DNA from: Chitinophagia bacterium
GTDB taxonomy: Bacteria; Bacteroidota; Bacteroidia; Chitinophagales; Chitinophagaceae
NCBI GenBank assembly: GCA_037129315.1
Contig: JBAXVC010000008.1
Coordinates: forward strand, 32,552-96,551
Reading direction: 5' to 3'
DNA: 64,000 bases
Made by a program: the position numbers and the translations under genes
In this document: piece after piece, positions 1 to 9,443 of the stretch
Position numbering within the stretch: position 1 is the stretch's first letter
Layout of the letters: each line of letters begins with the position of its first letter
Notes under the pieces: model-generated
Told to the model about the DNA's origin: nothing
The model's input: only the letters and a program-made list of their open reading frames with translations
The model's database searches: none

Positions 1-109
1 ATGACTTTAGTCTCACTTGTTTTCTTCTTTTTTATGTCTGCGAACATAAGAAAAAGACCCAAGAAATCAAGGCAAAAATGGTGTTTTGTGTACAATTAGT
101 GGAGAAAAA

Positions 110-784
110 TTAAGCCTTTGTCACAAGCCTGCCTCCCTCGGTAGTGAGGGTACGGGAAGGGAACTTATTGACCACCATAAAATCATGGGTCGCCATGATA
201 ATGGCGGTTCCGTCCTCCTTTGCAATTTGGAATAGAATTTGCATGATTTCATCGCTGGTTTCAGGGTCCAAACTCCCAGTGGGCTCATCAGCTAATATTA
301 ATTTAGGAGAATTCAACAATGCCCTAGCGATATCCACCCTTTGTTGCTCGCCACCGCTCATTTCAAAGGTCATTTTGAACCCTTTATTTTCAAGGCCTAC
401 TTTGGCTAATACATCGTTAATTTTTTGGTTGATCAGTTGCTCATCCTGCCAACCCGTTGCTTTTAAAACAAATCTCAAATTCTCATGCACATTACGATCG
501 GTCAATAACTGAAAATCCTGAAATACGATACCTAAATTTCTTCTTAAAAAAGGCAAAGTTTTCCAATCCATTTGTTTCAAATCAAATCCAACCACCTGTC
601 CCTGTCCTTCGGTAAGTGTTATTTCCCCATATAAAGATTTAAGCAAACTACTTTTTCCAGTCCCTGTTTTGCCTACTAAATAAACAAATTCACCCTTTTG
701 CACTTCAAAATTAACCTCTTGCAAAATTAGATTACCACTTTGATAAATATTTACATGTTCTAGTTGAACGACAATTTCACTCAT
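110..784 (-). CDS. ftsE: Cell division ATP-binding protein FtsE-like ABC ATPase
   Basis: Walker A GKTGTGKS, LGIVFQDFQLL, signature MSGGEQQR, Walker B ILADEPTG; stand-alone 224-aa ATPase typical of Bacteroidota FtsE. No ftsX is adjacent in the window. Confidence 0.78.
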   Translation of the reverse strand: MSEIVVQLEHVNIYQSGNLILQEVNFEVQKGEFVYLVGKTGTGKSSLLKSLYGEITLTEGQGQVVGFDLKQMDWKTLPFLRRNLGIVFQDFQLLTDRNVHENLRFVLKATGWQDEQLINQKINDVLAKVGLENKGFKMTFEMSGGEQQRVDIARALLNSPKLILADEPTGSLDPETSDEIMQILFQIAKEDGTAIIMATHDFMVVNKFPSRTLTTEGGRLVTKA

Positions 785-831
785 GATGTTATAGTTTATA
801 AGAATGCTTTAATCTTCTTCTATTGATAAAA

Positions 832-2010
832 TTAATAGCTAAATAGCTCCTTTCCAAAACTTCCTAGTAATACTAATTCTTTTGTATCAGATGCTTCCAC
901 TTGACCAATGATTTGTGCTTCAATATTAAATGATTTAGCAATATCAATAAGTGAAGTCGCAGTGATAGGATCAGTGAATATTTCCAAACGATGCCCCATA
1001 TTAAATACTTGATACATCTCCTTGGTATTTGCCCCTGAATTTTTTTGAATTAATTGAAAGATGGGCGGCGGTTCCATCAACTTATCTTTTACAATGCGCA
1101 TATTACCTGGTAAATACTTCATACATTTTGTTTGTCCACCACCACTGCAATGTATCATTCCTTTTACTGCATCAAAATGTTGTGTCAAAATTGCTTTAAC
1201 TAATGGCGCGTAAGTACGAGTAGGGCTTAATAATAGTTTACCCACTGAAATGGAGCCATAGCCTGGTATTTCAAGCATATCGGTCACTTTATTTTTACCA
1301 ATATAAACTACTTGATCATTAAGTTTGGGTTCAAAGGTCTCAGGATATTTAGTGGCGTATTCTTTACTCAACACATCGTGTCTTGCACTCGTTAATCCAT
1401 TACTACCAAGTCCACTGTTGTATTCAGATTCATAAGTGGCTTGGCCATGACTTGAAAAACCGACAATCACTTGTCCTGGTGCAATTAAATCATTAGTAAT
1501 TAATTTTGACTTGGGCCATCTTGCCGTCATCGTTCCATTCACTGCAATGGTTCTTACCACATCTCCTACATCGGCAGTTTCACCACCTAAAAACTCAATA
1601 TGAACTCCGAAAGTTTTTAAAGTATTAAAAAAGTCCTGAGTGCCATTTATTAAAACGCTTAAAACATCTCCTGTAATCAATAATTTATTGCGATCAATGG
1701 TAGATGAAAATAATATTTGGTCATAAATTCCTACACATAATAAATCATCCAAATTCATTGCAATGGCATCCTGCGCAATACCCTTCCAAACACTAGCATC
1801 TCCCGTTTCCTTCCAATAGATATAAGCTAAGATACTTTTAGTACCAGCCCCATCGGCATGCATAATATTAATATAATCCGATTGCCCCCCTAAAAAGTCC
1901 GCATATAACTTACAAAAAGCATTAGGGTACAATCCTTGATCTAATTTTTGGATGGCTGCATGAACTTCCTCCTTTTGAGCGGAAACACCGCGTTGGGCAT
2001 ACAATGACAT
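832..2010 (-). CDS. purM: Phosphoribosylformylglycinamidine cyclo-ligase (Bacteroidota-type AIR synthase)
   Basis: YAQRGVSAQKEEVH, HADGAGTKS, NLDDLLCVG, GGETADVGD, IHCSGGGQTK, VFNMGHR. Start moved from the ORF-track 2043 to ATG 2010 because the extension contains the promoter box TACCTTTG. Confidence 0.92.
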   Translation of the reverse strand: MSLYAQRGVSAQKEEVHAAIQKLDQGLYPNAFCKLYADFLGGQSDYINIMHADGAGTKSILAYIYWKETGDASVWKGIAQDAIAMNLDDLLCVGIYDQILFSSTIDRNKLLITGDVLSVLINGTQDFFNTLKTFGVHIEFLGGETADVGDVVRTIAVNGTMTARWPKSKLITNDLIAPGQVIVGFSSHGQATYESEYNSGLGSNGLTSARHDVLSKEYATKYPETFEPKLNDQVVYIGKNKVTDMLEIPGYGSISVGKLLLSPTRTYAPLVKAILTQHFDAVKGMIHCSGGGQTKCMKYLPGNMRIVKDKLMEPPPIFQLIQKNSGANTKEMYQVFNMGHRLEIFTDPITATSLIDIAKSFNIEAQIIGQVEASDTKELVLLGSFGKELFSY

Positions 2011-2032
2011 TGAACTAAATTGGTTTATGGCA

Positions 2033-2057
2033 CAAAGGTACAATTGTTTTACATTTG
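2033..2057. promoter_or_regulatory. Back-to-back Bacteroidota -7 promoter boxes for purM (minus, 2033-2040) and ribF (plus, 2050-2057)
   Basis: TACCTTTG on minus and TACATTTG on plus, both exact TAnnTTTG, each about 20 nt upstream of its ATG. Confidence 0.75.
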
Positions 2058-2078
2058 TGCCATATTTAGCATTAATAG

Positions 2079-3026
2079 ATGAAGGTTCATTACGACTTAA
2101 AACAATTACCCCCTTTCAAAAACGCTGTTATTACGACAGGGGCATTTGACGGTGTGCATACAGGACACCTCCAAATTATCAAGAGAATTAAGGAAATAGC
2201 CCATAAAGTAGCCGGCGAAAGTATTATCATTACTTTTCATCCTCATCCACGAAAAATTATATCCTCTATCCCTGGCGAAATCAAACAATTGACCTGTTTA
2301 GATGAACGCATTGCATTGCTTGAAAAAGCCAATATTGACCATTTGGTGGTTGTGAACTTTGATTATACTTTTTCAAATTTATCGGCACATGCCTATGTCA
2401 AGGATTTCCTGGTTGATCATTTTCATCCCCATACCATCATTGTAGGATACGATCATCATTTTGGGAAAGGCCGATTAGGTGATTTTGAGATGCTGAAGGA
2501 TTTAGGTAAATCATTTCAATTTCAAGTGGAAGAGATCAACGAACAAATAGTGGAAGGCGAAATTATCAGTTCCACTTTAATTAGAAACTATTTATTAGAA
2601 AAGAACATAACTAAAGCCAATCAATTATTAGGTTATCCTTATTTCTTTGAAGGCTTTATAGTGAGAGGTAATCAATTAGGTCGAACTATCGGATTCCCAA
2701 CAGCCAATTTGCGCATTATCAATGAAGAAAAATTAATCCCTGCCAATGGGGTTTATGCTGTTCGTGTAACAGGTCCTTGTTTGGAAAATAAAATATTTGA
2801 TGGGATGATGAATATTGGAATTCGCCCCACAGTGGATGGACAGAAAAAAGTAATTGAAGTAAATATTTTTAATTTTGATAATGATATATATGAAAACAAT
2901 ATCATTGTTTCAGTGTATGAATTCATTAGAGGAGAAGAAAAATTCAGTGGTTTAGAAGCCCTGAAACAGCAGTTATACTTAGATAAAGTGACTGCAGCTA
3001 CTATTTTACAGCAATATCCATCATAG
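2079..3026 (+). CDS. ribF: Bifunctional riboflavin kinase / FAD synthetase
   Basis: GAFDGVHTGH, TFHPHP, VGYDHHFG, ISSTLIR, GRTIGFPTAN, GMMNIGIRPTV, FIRGEEKF. Confidence 0.95.
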   Translation: MKVHYDLKQLPPFKNAVITTGAFDGVHTGHLQIIKRIKEIAHKVAGESIIITFHPHPRKIISSIPGEIKQLTCLDERIALLEKANIDHLVVVNFDYTFSNLSAHAYVKDFLVDHFHPHTIIVGYDHHFGKGRLGDFEMLKDLGKSFQFQVEEINEQIVEGEIISSTLIRNYLLEKNITKANQLLGYPYFFEGFIVRGNQLGRTIGFPTANLRIINEEKLIPANGVYAVRVTGPCLENKIFDGMMNIGIRPTVDGQKKVIEVNIFNFDNDIYENNIIVSVYEFIRGEEKFSGLEALKQQLYLDKVTAATILQQYPS

Positions 3027-4026
3027 CAGGATCCATTATTTTAACGACCAATTCCTTCAACAAATCGGCATCTGAATTTGCGGCGTCATTAATACCTATG
3101 ACCCTTAAATTGTATTCCTGTATTAAAATTAAAATGTGTTGCACTTTGCCCACTGGATAATTACGAGCAGCTGCTATAAAATTTTTAACTGCATAAAAAG
3201 ATACCCCCACTTCACTCATAATTGTTTTTTCATCTCTTGTACCTAAACCATAAATAGCATACAGCTTGCTAAAAAAAGCATATAAAGTGGGTAGTATAAG
3301 TTGTATTGGAGCCGCTTTATTATTTGATTCAAAATATTGAATCATTCTTATTGATTTTGAAAAATTTCGTTGAGCAATGGCATCTTGAAATTCAAAAGCA
3401 TTGTATTCCTTACTAATACCAATATACTTTTCAATATCATCATCGGTAATTTTTTTACGATCCCCTAAGTTGACCACCAACTTTTCGATTTCATTTTGTA
3501 TTCGACTAATGTCATTCCCAATATGATCAACAATAATTTGAACAGCCTTAGGTGTAATCTGATAGCCCTTTTCTGACACAAAACCAGTTACCCATTCTGG
3601 TAATTTATTATCGTACATTTTTTTGGTCGCAATAAAAATGGATTTTGTTTTTAATAATTTCCCAAATGTTTTACGACCATCCACATTTTTATCTTTATAG
3701 GCAATCACCAAAATAGTGGAAGACAATGGCTTTTCAATATAGGACTCCAATTTTTCAATTTGTCCCATATGCTGTGCCTCTTTAATAATAACCACTTGCT
3801 TTTCTGCAAATACAGGGTATCGCTTACAAGCATTTATGACATCAGCCCAATCTGCATCTTTTCCATAAAATACAGTCAAATTAAAAGACTGCTCTGATTC
3901 GGGTAGTAAATGATGTTCGGCATATTCGACCACTTGATCAATATAATAGGGCTCCTCCCCTTCGAGCCAATAAACGGCATCAAAGACCTTATTTTTCCAA
4001 TTGGCAATTATTTTTGAAGTGGGCAT
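3001..4026 (-). CDS. holA: DNA polymerase III subunit delta
   Basis: VYWLEGEEPYYID, FNLTVFYGKD, YIGISKEYNAFEF are typical of Bacteroidota HolA. ATG at 4026 is preferred over TTG at 4032, which lies inside the promoter box. Confidence 0.9.
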   Translation of the reverse strand: MPTSKIIANWKNKVFDAVYWLEGEEPYYIDQVVEYAEHHLLPESEQSFNLTVFYGKDADWADVINACKRYPVFAEKQVVIIKEAQHMGQIEKLESYIEKPLSSTILVIAYKDKNVDGRKTFGKLLKTKSIFIATKKMYDNKLPEWVTGFVSEKGYQITPKAVQIIVDHIGNDISRIQNEIEKLVVNLGDRKKITDDDIEKYIGISKEYNAFEFQDAIAQRNFSKSIRMIQYFESNNKAAPIQLILPTLYAFFSKLYAIYGLGTRDEKTIMSEVGVSFYAVKNFIAAARNYPVGKVQHILILIQEYNLRVIGINDAANSDADLLKELVVKIMDPAMMDIAVK

Positions 4027-4029
4027 ACG

Positions 4030-4037
4030 CAAATATA
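4030..4037 (-). promoter_or_regulatory. -7 promoter box of holA
   Basis: TATATTTG, followed by CGT and then the ATG on the minus strand. Confidence 0.65.
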
Positions 4038-4104
4038 AAATTATTTTAACGAGCTATTAGCAAGTTTAACAAATTACATTGAACTAATTTTATATTTATT
4101 AATA

Positions 4105-4112
4105 TATCTTTG
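4105..4112 (+). promoter_or_regulatory. -7 promoter box of the coiled-coil membrane protein gene
   Basis: TATCTTTGCA 21 nt upstream of ATG 4134. Confidence 0.7.
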
Positions 4113-4133
4113 CAGTCAAACAACAACTATTTT

Positions 4134-5054
4134 ATGAGCAATGAAACAACTGGCAATTCTAGTAAAATTTTTATCGGAATTTTACTGATTAGTTTAATTG
4201 GTTCTTGGATATATTTCATTAATACCAATAACACTAAAACACAAACTATTACCAATTTCACCACCGAAGTTGCGGTGCTAGACAGTACAAAAAACAGTAT
4301 TCAAGCTGAATTTATTGCGGCATCTGCTAAAGTAGATTCCTTGACTCAGGAAAATACAGGTTTACAAGGCGACCTACAACAAAAATCAAATGCTATCCAA
4401 AAACTTAAGCTAAACATAAGTAATATCTTAAGAAAAAAAGAGGCTACTGACAAAGAGCTTTCAGAAGCAAAATCAATGATTGCTGATTTAAATGGCAAGG
4501 TCAATAACTTATTGGCTGACTTAGGAAAAGCGCAAGAAGAAAACAAACAACTTAATGCTCAAAATCAGGATCTAACTTCAAAAAATTCAACCCTATCCAA
4601 CAACTTGAATACCACACAAAAGGAAAAAGATAGATTACAAGATATAGGATCCACTTTACATGCTTCTACTTTTAGCATTCAAGCCATGCGTGTCAAAAGT
4701 AATGGTACTGAAAAAGCAACCGACAATGCAAAAAGAGCCAATTTGATTCGTTTGGCCTTCATGATTGATAAAAATAAAATCACGCCTTCTGGCAATCAGG
4801 AATTATATGTTTGTATTACAGGACCCGATGGCAAAGCCATTGGGGATGGTAGCAATTTTAATACAAGAGAGGACGGTGTTCGTGCATATGCCAACAAACT
4901 ATCTGTCGTTTATGAACAAAATGCCGCCTTGCCTGTGAGTTATGATTTTAAGCAATCAAATAAATTTACCGAAGGTGAATATAAGGTTGAGGTTTACCAT
5001 AATGGATTTAAAATTGGCGAAGGCAAAACATCACTTAAAAAAGGATTATTTTAA
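4134..5054 (+). CDS. Conserved Bacteroidota membrane-anchored coiled-coil protein of unknown function
   Basis: One N-terminal hydrophobic helix (IFIGILLISLIGSWIYFI), a long heptad-rich segment, and a beta-rich C-terminus (ELYVCITGPDG...GEYKVEVYHNGFKIG). Start moved from TTG 4110 (inside the promoter) to ATG 4134. Confidence 0.8.
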   Translation: MSNETTGNSSKIFIGILLISLIGSWIYFINTNNTKTQTITNFTTEVAVLDSTKNSIQAEFIAASAKVDSLTQENTGLQGDLQQKSNAIQKLKLNISNILRKKEATDKELSEAKSMIADLNGKVNNLLADLGKAQEENKQLNAQNQDLTSKNSTLSNNLNTTQKEKDRLQDIGSTLHASTFSIQAMRVKSNGTEKATDNAKRANLIRLAFMIDKNKITPSGNQELYVCITGPDGKAIGDGSNFNTREDGVRAYANKLSVVYEQNAALPVSYDFKQSNKFTEGEYKVEVYHNGFKIGEGKTSLKKGLF

Positions 5055-5071
5055 TTGGTAATTCCACAAAT

Positions 5072-5110
5072 AAAAAGAGGCCCCTTACGATTTTCGCAAG
5101 GGGCCTCTTT
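5072..5110. terminator. Bidirectional intrinsic terminator
   Basis: AAAGAGGCCCCTT-acgattttcgc-AAGGGGCCTCTTT, a 13-bp perfect stem between convergent genes. Confidence 0.85.
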
Positions 5111-5128
5111 CATTCTTGTCTATACTTT

Positions 5129-5440
5129 CTATACTAACTCACTTGAGTTGCTAAAACCTTGCATCATGTTGCCAATTGGAATCTCATTGTAAGACAATGC
5201 ATAAAACCATAATTGAATGGCCGCAGGCGAAATAGATTCTACAAAAAAGTTGGCTTTACTTAAAATAGGGACTAATTTTTCAGTGAGCTCACGCAATTCA
5301 TTTGAATCGGTGGTTTGAGCCCATTGATTTAATAAAGCTTTTAACTGCGCTAATTCATTGTCCAGTAAATGATCAAAGGCATGCAATTGTATGAATTCCG
5401 AAACGGCTTCATATAACATTGCTTTGTTGTTTGATTTCAT
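5129..5440 (-). CDS. Hypothetical 103-aa helical protein
   Basis: Only sizeable ORF in the gap; ATG start with an A-rich upstream region; ends just before the terminator. No recognisable motif. Confidence 0.55.
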   Translation of the reverse strand: MKSNNKAMLYEAVSEFIQLHAFDHLLDNELAQLKALLNQWAQTTDSNELRELTEKLVPILSKANFFVESISPAAIQLWFYALSYNEIPIGNMMQGFSNSSELV

Positions 5441-5603
5441 AAGGGTAATGTTTTTTATCGAGTTTGATTATATATACAAAGGTCCCACCTTGATGTTAAC
5501 TAATTATGAACTTTATCATAAAATGAAAATATGTGGAAAACTTGACTGAAAATGTTATTTAAGCACCTGTTTTACAAGTAATTAATCATTCTATGCTATT
5601 AAA

Positions 5604-7544
5604 TTACTTCAATACAATCGCGGATAATGCAGGTAAATCTAAATGCAGTATTTGCCAATCCATATTTTCGGGTAAATTTTTTGCTAAGATATTTTCATTG
5701 TTTAAATCACCTACGCCCCAATACATAGGCGCATCACTATTAAAAATTTCAGTCCAAGTTTTTTTTCCATATACATGAATCGGGAATTGATGTCTAGGAA
5801 CTGGGGTCATATTTAAAATCACCAATACTTCCTGCATTATATCTTTTCCTTTTCGTTTAAAAGCTAATACGCCTTCATTTCGTTTATTGGTTTCTACCCA
5901 TTCAAATCCAGCAGTATCAAATTGTAATTCATACAAAGCGGGATTATTTCTATACAAAGCATTTAATTTTTGTACGCAATTTTTCATTCCCTTATGACTT
6001 GGCAATTGCAATAAATCCCATTGTAATTCGGAAGTAAAATTCCATTCATTCGTAGCCGCAAATTCATTCCCCATGAATAATAATTTCGCACCAGGATGCA
6101 AAAACATATAAGAATACAATAATCTTAAATTGGCAAATTTTTGCCAATCGTCTCCTGGCATTTTATAAATCATAGGGCTTTTCCCATGTACCACTTCGTC
6201 ATGACTTAAAGGCAACATAAAATGTTCGTCATAATAATACATCATGGAAAACGAAAACTGATCCTGTTGTTTTGATCTAAATAAAGGATCCAATTTAAAA
6301 TAGTTAATGGTATCATGCATCCATCCCATCATCCATTTCATACCAAATCCAAGCCCTCCCATAAAAGTGGGCTTACTGATGCCTGGCCAATCTGATGCTT
6401 CTTCGGCAATAGTTTGAATATCTGGGAAATCGCGGTATAAGGTTTCATTTAAATCTTTAATAAAAGCAATGGCTTCAATATTCCCATTCCCTCCAAATTC
6501 ATTGGGCTCCCATTGTCCCTCTTCCCTACTGTAATCCAATCTTAACATGGAACTCACTGCATCCACTCTTAATCCATCAATGTGAAACTGATCACACCAA
6601 AATCGTGCACTACTGATTAAAAAAGATTTTACTTCACCTCGTTTATAATTAAATATATATGAATTCCAATCAGGATGAAACCCTTTTCGCATATCTGCAT
6701 ACTCATAAGTATTCGCCCCATCAAACATATATAATCCATGTGCATCATAAGGAAAATGCGCAGGCACCCAATCTAAGATGACACCAATATTTTCAGCATG
6801 AAATGCTTCAACCAATTCAGCAAATTGTTGGGGATTTCCAAACCGTGAAGTAGGCGCAAAAAAGCCCGTTCCTTGATAACCCCAACTTCCATCAAATGGA
6901 TGTTCCATCACAGGCATAAATTCCACATGAGTGAAACCCATTTCTTTCACATAGGGCACCAATAACTCAATCATCTGCAAATAGGTATTATAAGCATCTT
7001 GGTTATTTTTATCGGGGCGCATCCAACTCGCTAAATGCACTTCATAAACAGAATAAGGCTGATCAATTCGATTGGCTGTTTTACGTTTTTCCATCCAGGC
7101 TGCATCATTCCATTCATAATTGGTTTGCCATGTGATAGAAGCCGTTAATGGTCTCAATTCACAATAATGCGAGAATGGATCTGCTTTATCCAATTTGACT
7201 CCTTGGTAACCATGTATATGATACTTATACACTTCCCCCTTTAGTATATTAGGAATAAATCCTTCCCAAATACCAGAACTATCCAATCTGACTTTTAAAG
7301 GATGTGTTTGAATATTCCAATCATTAAAGTTACCCTGTACAAAAACAGCAGTGGCATTAGGTGCCCAAACTGCAAAGTAAGTTCCATTGGTATTTAATAC
7401 CTGAATCTGTTTATTTCCAAAAAACTGATATAAAGAATAATGAGTGCCATTCTGAAAATTATAAATATCCTGTTCTGAAAAAAGAGAATAATTCCAAACA
7501 GGTTGTTGTGTATCTACAAAATGAACTTCCTCGTATTTAGACAT
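5604..7544 (-). CDS. glgB: 1,4-alpha-glucan branching enzyme (GH13_9)
   Basis: FAVWAPNA, YEVHLASW, HPFDGSWGYQ, ILDWVPAHF, GLRVDAV, IAEEAS, LSHDEVVHGK. Confidence 0.96.
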   Translation of the reverse strand: MSKYEEVHFVDTQQPVWNYSLFSEQDIYNFQNGTHYSLYQFFGNKQIQVLNTNGTYFAVWAPNATAVFVQGNFNDWNIQTHPLKVRLDSSGIWEGFIPNILKGEVYKYHIHGYQGVKLDKADPFSHYCELRPLTASITWQTNYEWNDAAWMEKRKTANRIDQPYSVYEVHLASWMRPDKNNQDAYNTYLQMIELLVPYVKEMGFTHVEFMPVMEHPFDGSWGYQGTGFFAPTSRFGNPQQFAELVEAFHAENIGVILDWVPAHFPYDAHGLYMFDGANTYEYADMRKGFHPDWNSYIFNYKRGEVKSFLISSARFWCDQFHIDGLRVDAVSSMLRLDYSREEGQWEPNEFGGNGNIEAIAFIKDLNETLYRDFPDIQTIAEEASDWPGISKPTFMGGLGFGMKWMMGWMHDTINYFKLDPLFRSKQQDQFSFSMMYYYDEHFMLPLSHDEVVHGKSPMIYKMPGDDWQKFANLRLLYSYMFLHPGAKLLFMGNEFAATNEWNFTSELQWDLLQLPSHKGMKNCVQKLNALYRNNPALYELQFDTAGFEWVETNKRNEGVLAFKRKGKDIMQEVLVILNMTPVPRHQFPIHVYGKKTWTEIFNSDAPMYWGVGDLNNENILAKNLPENMDWQILHLDLPALSAIVLK

Positions 7545-7546
7545 TC

Positions 7547-9427
7547 TTATTTAGTTAATTCTATCAATTTTAATGTTTGCGCAGGCACCGTACATTTTGT
7601 TCCTACTTTTTCTCCTGAAACAATATCCATTCCGCCTTTAAATCCGGCAGTCCTTTCGGTATAATTTACAAAATCAATGCTTTGATTGCTAGAAGATGTA
7701 TTCATAACACACATAATGGTTTGCTTTTGATCATATCTGAAATAAACATACAACCCATTGTCAGGAACATATTGCGTCATTTTCCCTGCTGTAATGGAGG
7801 AAGCAGTTTTACGAAAGTTCCCTAATTTTTTGATGTAATGTACCATTTCTTTTTCGTCAGATGTCAATCCCATTTCGGTAAAAGTATTTTTGTGATCCCC
7901 TGCCCATCCACCTGGAAAATCTAACCTAACTAAACCATCTGGATTTGAAAACCCTTTCATTAAAACTTCGGTGCCATAATATAACTGAGGTATGCCACGA
8001 CAAGTCATTAACCATGCAATGGCCATTTTTAATTTTGGAACGCTGTTTCCAAAAGTGGAAAAACTGCGAGACATATCATGATTATCTAAGAAGATGACAT
8101 TACGAGTAGGATCTTTATACATGAAATCGTTGGCCAAAGTGTTGTATAATTTATTGACCCCTTCCGTGCCTTCATTTAATGCAGGTTGAATACCATTAAA
8201 AAGTGTTTGAAAATCGACAGCGCCTTGTAAATTACTTTTAAAAGGGATATTGAAATTATTTTCGACAAAATAGGCTTGATTAGATACACCATTGGTCCAA
8301 CATTCACCAAATGAAGTCATCTTAGGATACTCATCAATTAATGCTTGATTACAACGATTCATAAAATTGACATCATTATAAATATAAGTATCAATGCGCC
8401 ATCCATCAATACCAAATGTTTCAATGGACCATAAAGCATGTTGAATTAAAAATTGTGCAACAAACTCACTTTGATGATTCATGTCTGGCATTTGCGGAAC
8501 AAACCATCCCGCTTCCATTCTTTTATTATTAACACTTGCCTTATAAGGATCAAAAAAAGTCTGTTCCTTGTAATTGGTTTGAGTATAGGTGGGCCATTGA
8601 TGTACCCAATTAGGATCTGGTGCGTCTTGTACCAAAAAATGATATAAACCCACATGATTATACACCGCATCTTGAATCAACTTCATCCCTCTTTTATGTA
8701 AAGCATCACTCAATTGCAAATAAGCAGCATCCCCTCCGAATCTTTTTTCAATGGTATAATGATCAGTAAAAGCATAACCATGTTCAGTTCGGTTGGGCAT
8801 ATCATTTTCTATCACAGGCGTCATCCACAAGGTAGTCGCCCCCATTCCTTGAATATAATCTAAATGATTTTGAACCCCTTGCAAATCGCCCCCATGACGA
8901 TCATAAATTGAATCCCTATTTAAGGATTGATCTTTTAAACCTGCGATACGATCATTCGCTGTGTTTCCATTACTAAAACGATCAGGCATTAAAAAATAAA
9001 TAAAATCTGATTGATTTACACCTTGCGCAAATAGCGTTCCCTTTCCTGGACGACGCGCTTTTAAAGTCCATTCCAATTTATTGGTCTCAGACCCAGTCGT
9101 AATATCAAAATCAATAATGCCAGGTTTTGCAGTGTTAGCGATTTCAATATCCACTGCTACATAATGTGAATTACTAAAATTATGTACTTTATTAATTTTA
9201 ACTCCAGGGTAATTTAATTTAATAGTAGCGTTGGATAAGTTGACACTCGTACTTCGCAATAATACTTGCACTTTATTCCACTTCATTTGTACAAACCAAT
9301 TACTTGGATAAGCTTTAATATTAGGCTCAATGTTATTATTTGACTTTGCATTACTTGAAAAAGAAGATAAAATCAATATCAATGTAAATGCAGTAATCAA
9401 TTTGCTAATTCTAAATATATTTTTCAT
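7547..9427 (-). CDS. Exported GH13 cyclomaltodextrinase/neopullulanase (SusA-like)
   Basis: Signal peptide, YFLMPDRFSNG, HGGDLQG, HGYAFTD, DAVYNH, GWRIDT, FGECW, FLDNHD, GIPQLYYGTE. Confidence 0.9.
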   Translation of the reverse strand: MKNIFRISKLITAFTLILILSSFSSNAKSNNNIEPNIKAYPSNWFVQMKWNKVQVLLRSTSVNLSNATIKLNYPGVKINKVHNFSNSHYVAVDIEIANTAKPGIIDFDITTGSETNKLEWTLKARRPGKGTLFAQGVNQSDFIYFLMPDRFSNGNTANDRIAGLKDQSLNRDSIYDRHGGDLQGVQNHLDYIQGMGATTLWMTPVIENDMPNRTEHGYAFTDHYTIEKRFGGDAAYLQLSDALHKRGMKLIQDAVYNHVGLYHFLVQDAPDPNWVHQWPTYTQTNYKEQTFFDPYKASVNNKRMEAGWFVPQMPDMNHQSEFVAQFLIQHALWSIETFGIDGWRIDTYIYNDVNFMNRCNQALIDEYPKMTSFGECWTNGVSNQAYFVENNFNIPFKSNLQGAVDFQTLFNGIQPALNEGTEGVNKLYNTLANDFMYKDPTRNVIFLDNHDMSRSFSTFGNSVPKLKMAIAWLMTCRGIPQLYYGTEVLMKGFSNPDGLVRLDFPGGWAGDHKNTFTEMGLTSDEKEMVHYIKKLGNFRKTASSITAGKMTQYVPDNGLYVYFRYDQKQTIMCVMNTSSSNQSIDFVNYTERTAGFKGGMDIVSGEKVGTKCTVPAQTLKLIELTK

Positions 9428-9443
9428 TTTTTTCTTTTTTTAA

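Noticed and set aside
1-99. 32-codon plus-strand ORF starting at base 1 (MTLVSLVFFFF...)
   Set aside because: It has no upstream context and lies over what looks like the promoter/leader (TATGTTCG on minus, 38-45) of a gene beyond the window edge; likely chance.
2011-2078. FMN or purine riboswitch at ribF/purM
   Set aside because: The gap is 68 bp and filled by two promoters; no aptamer sequence is present.
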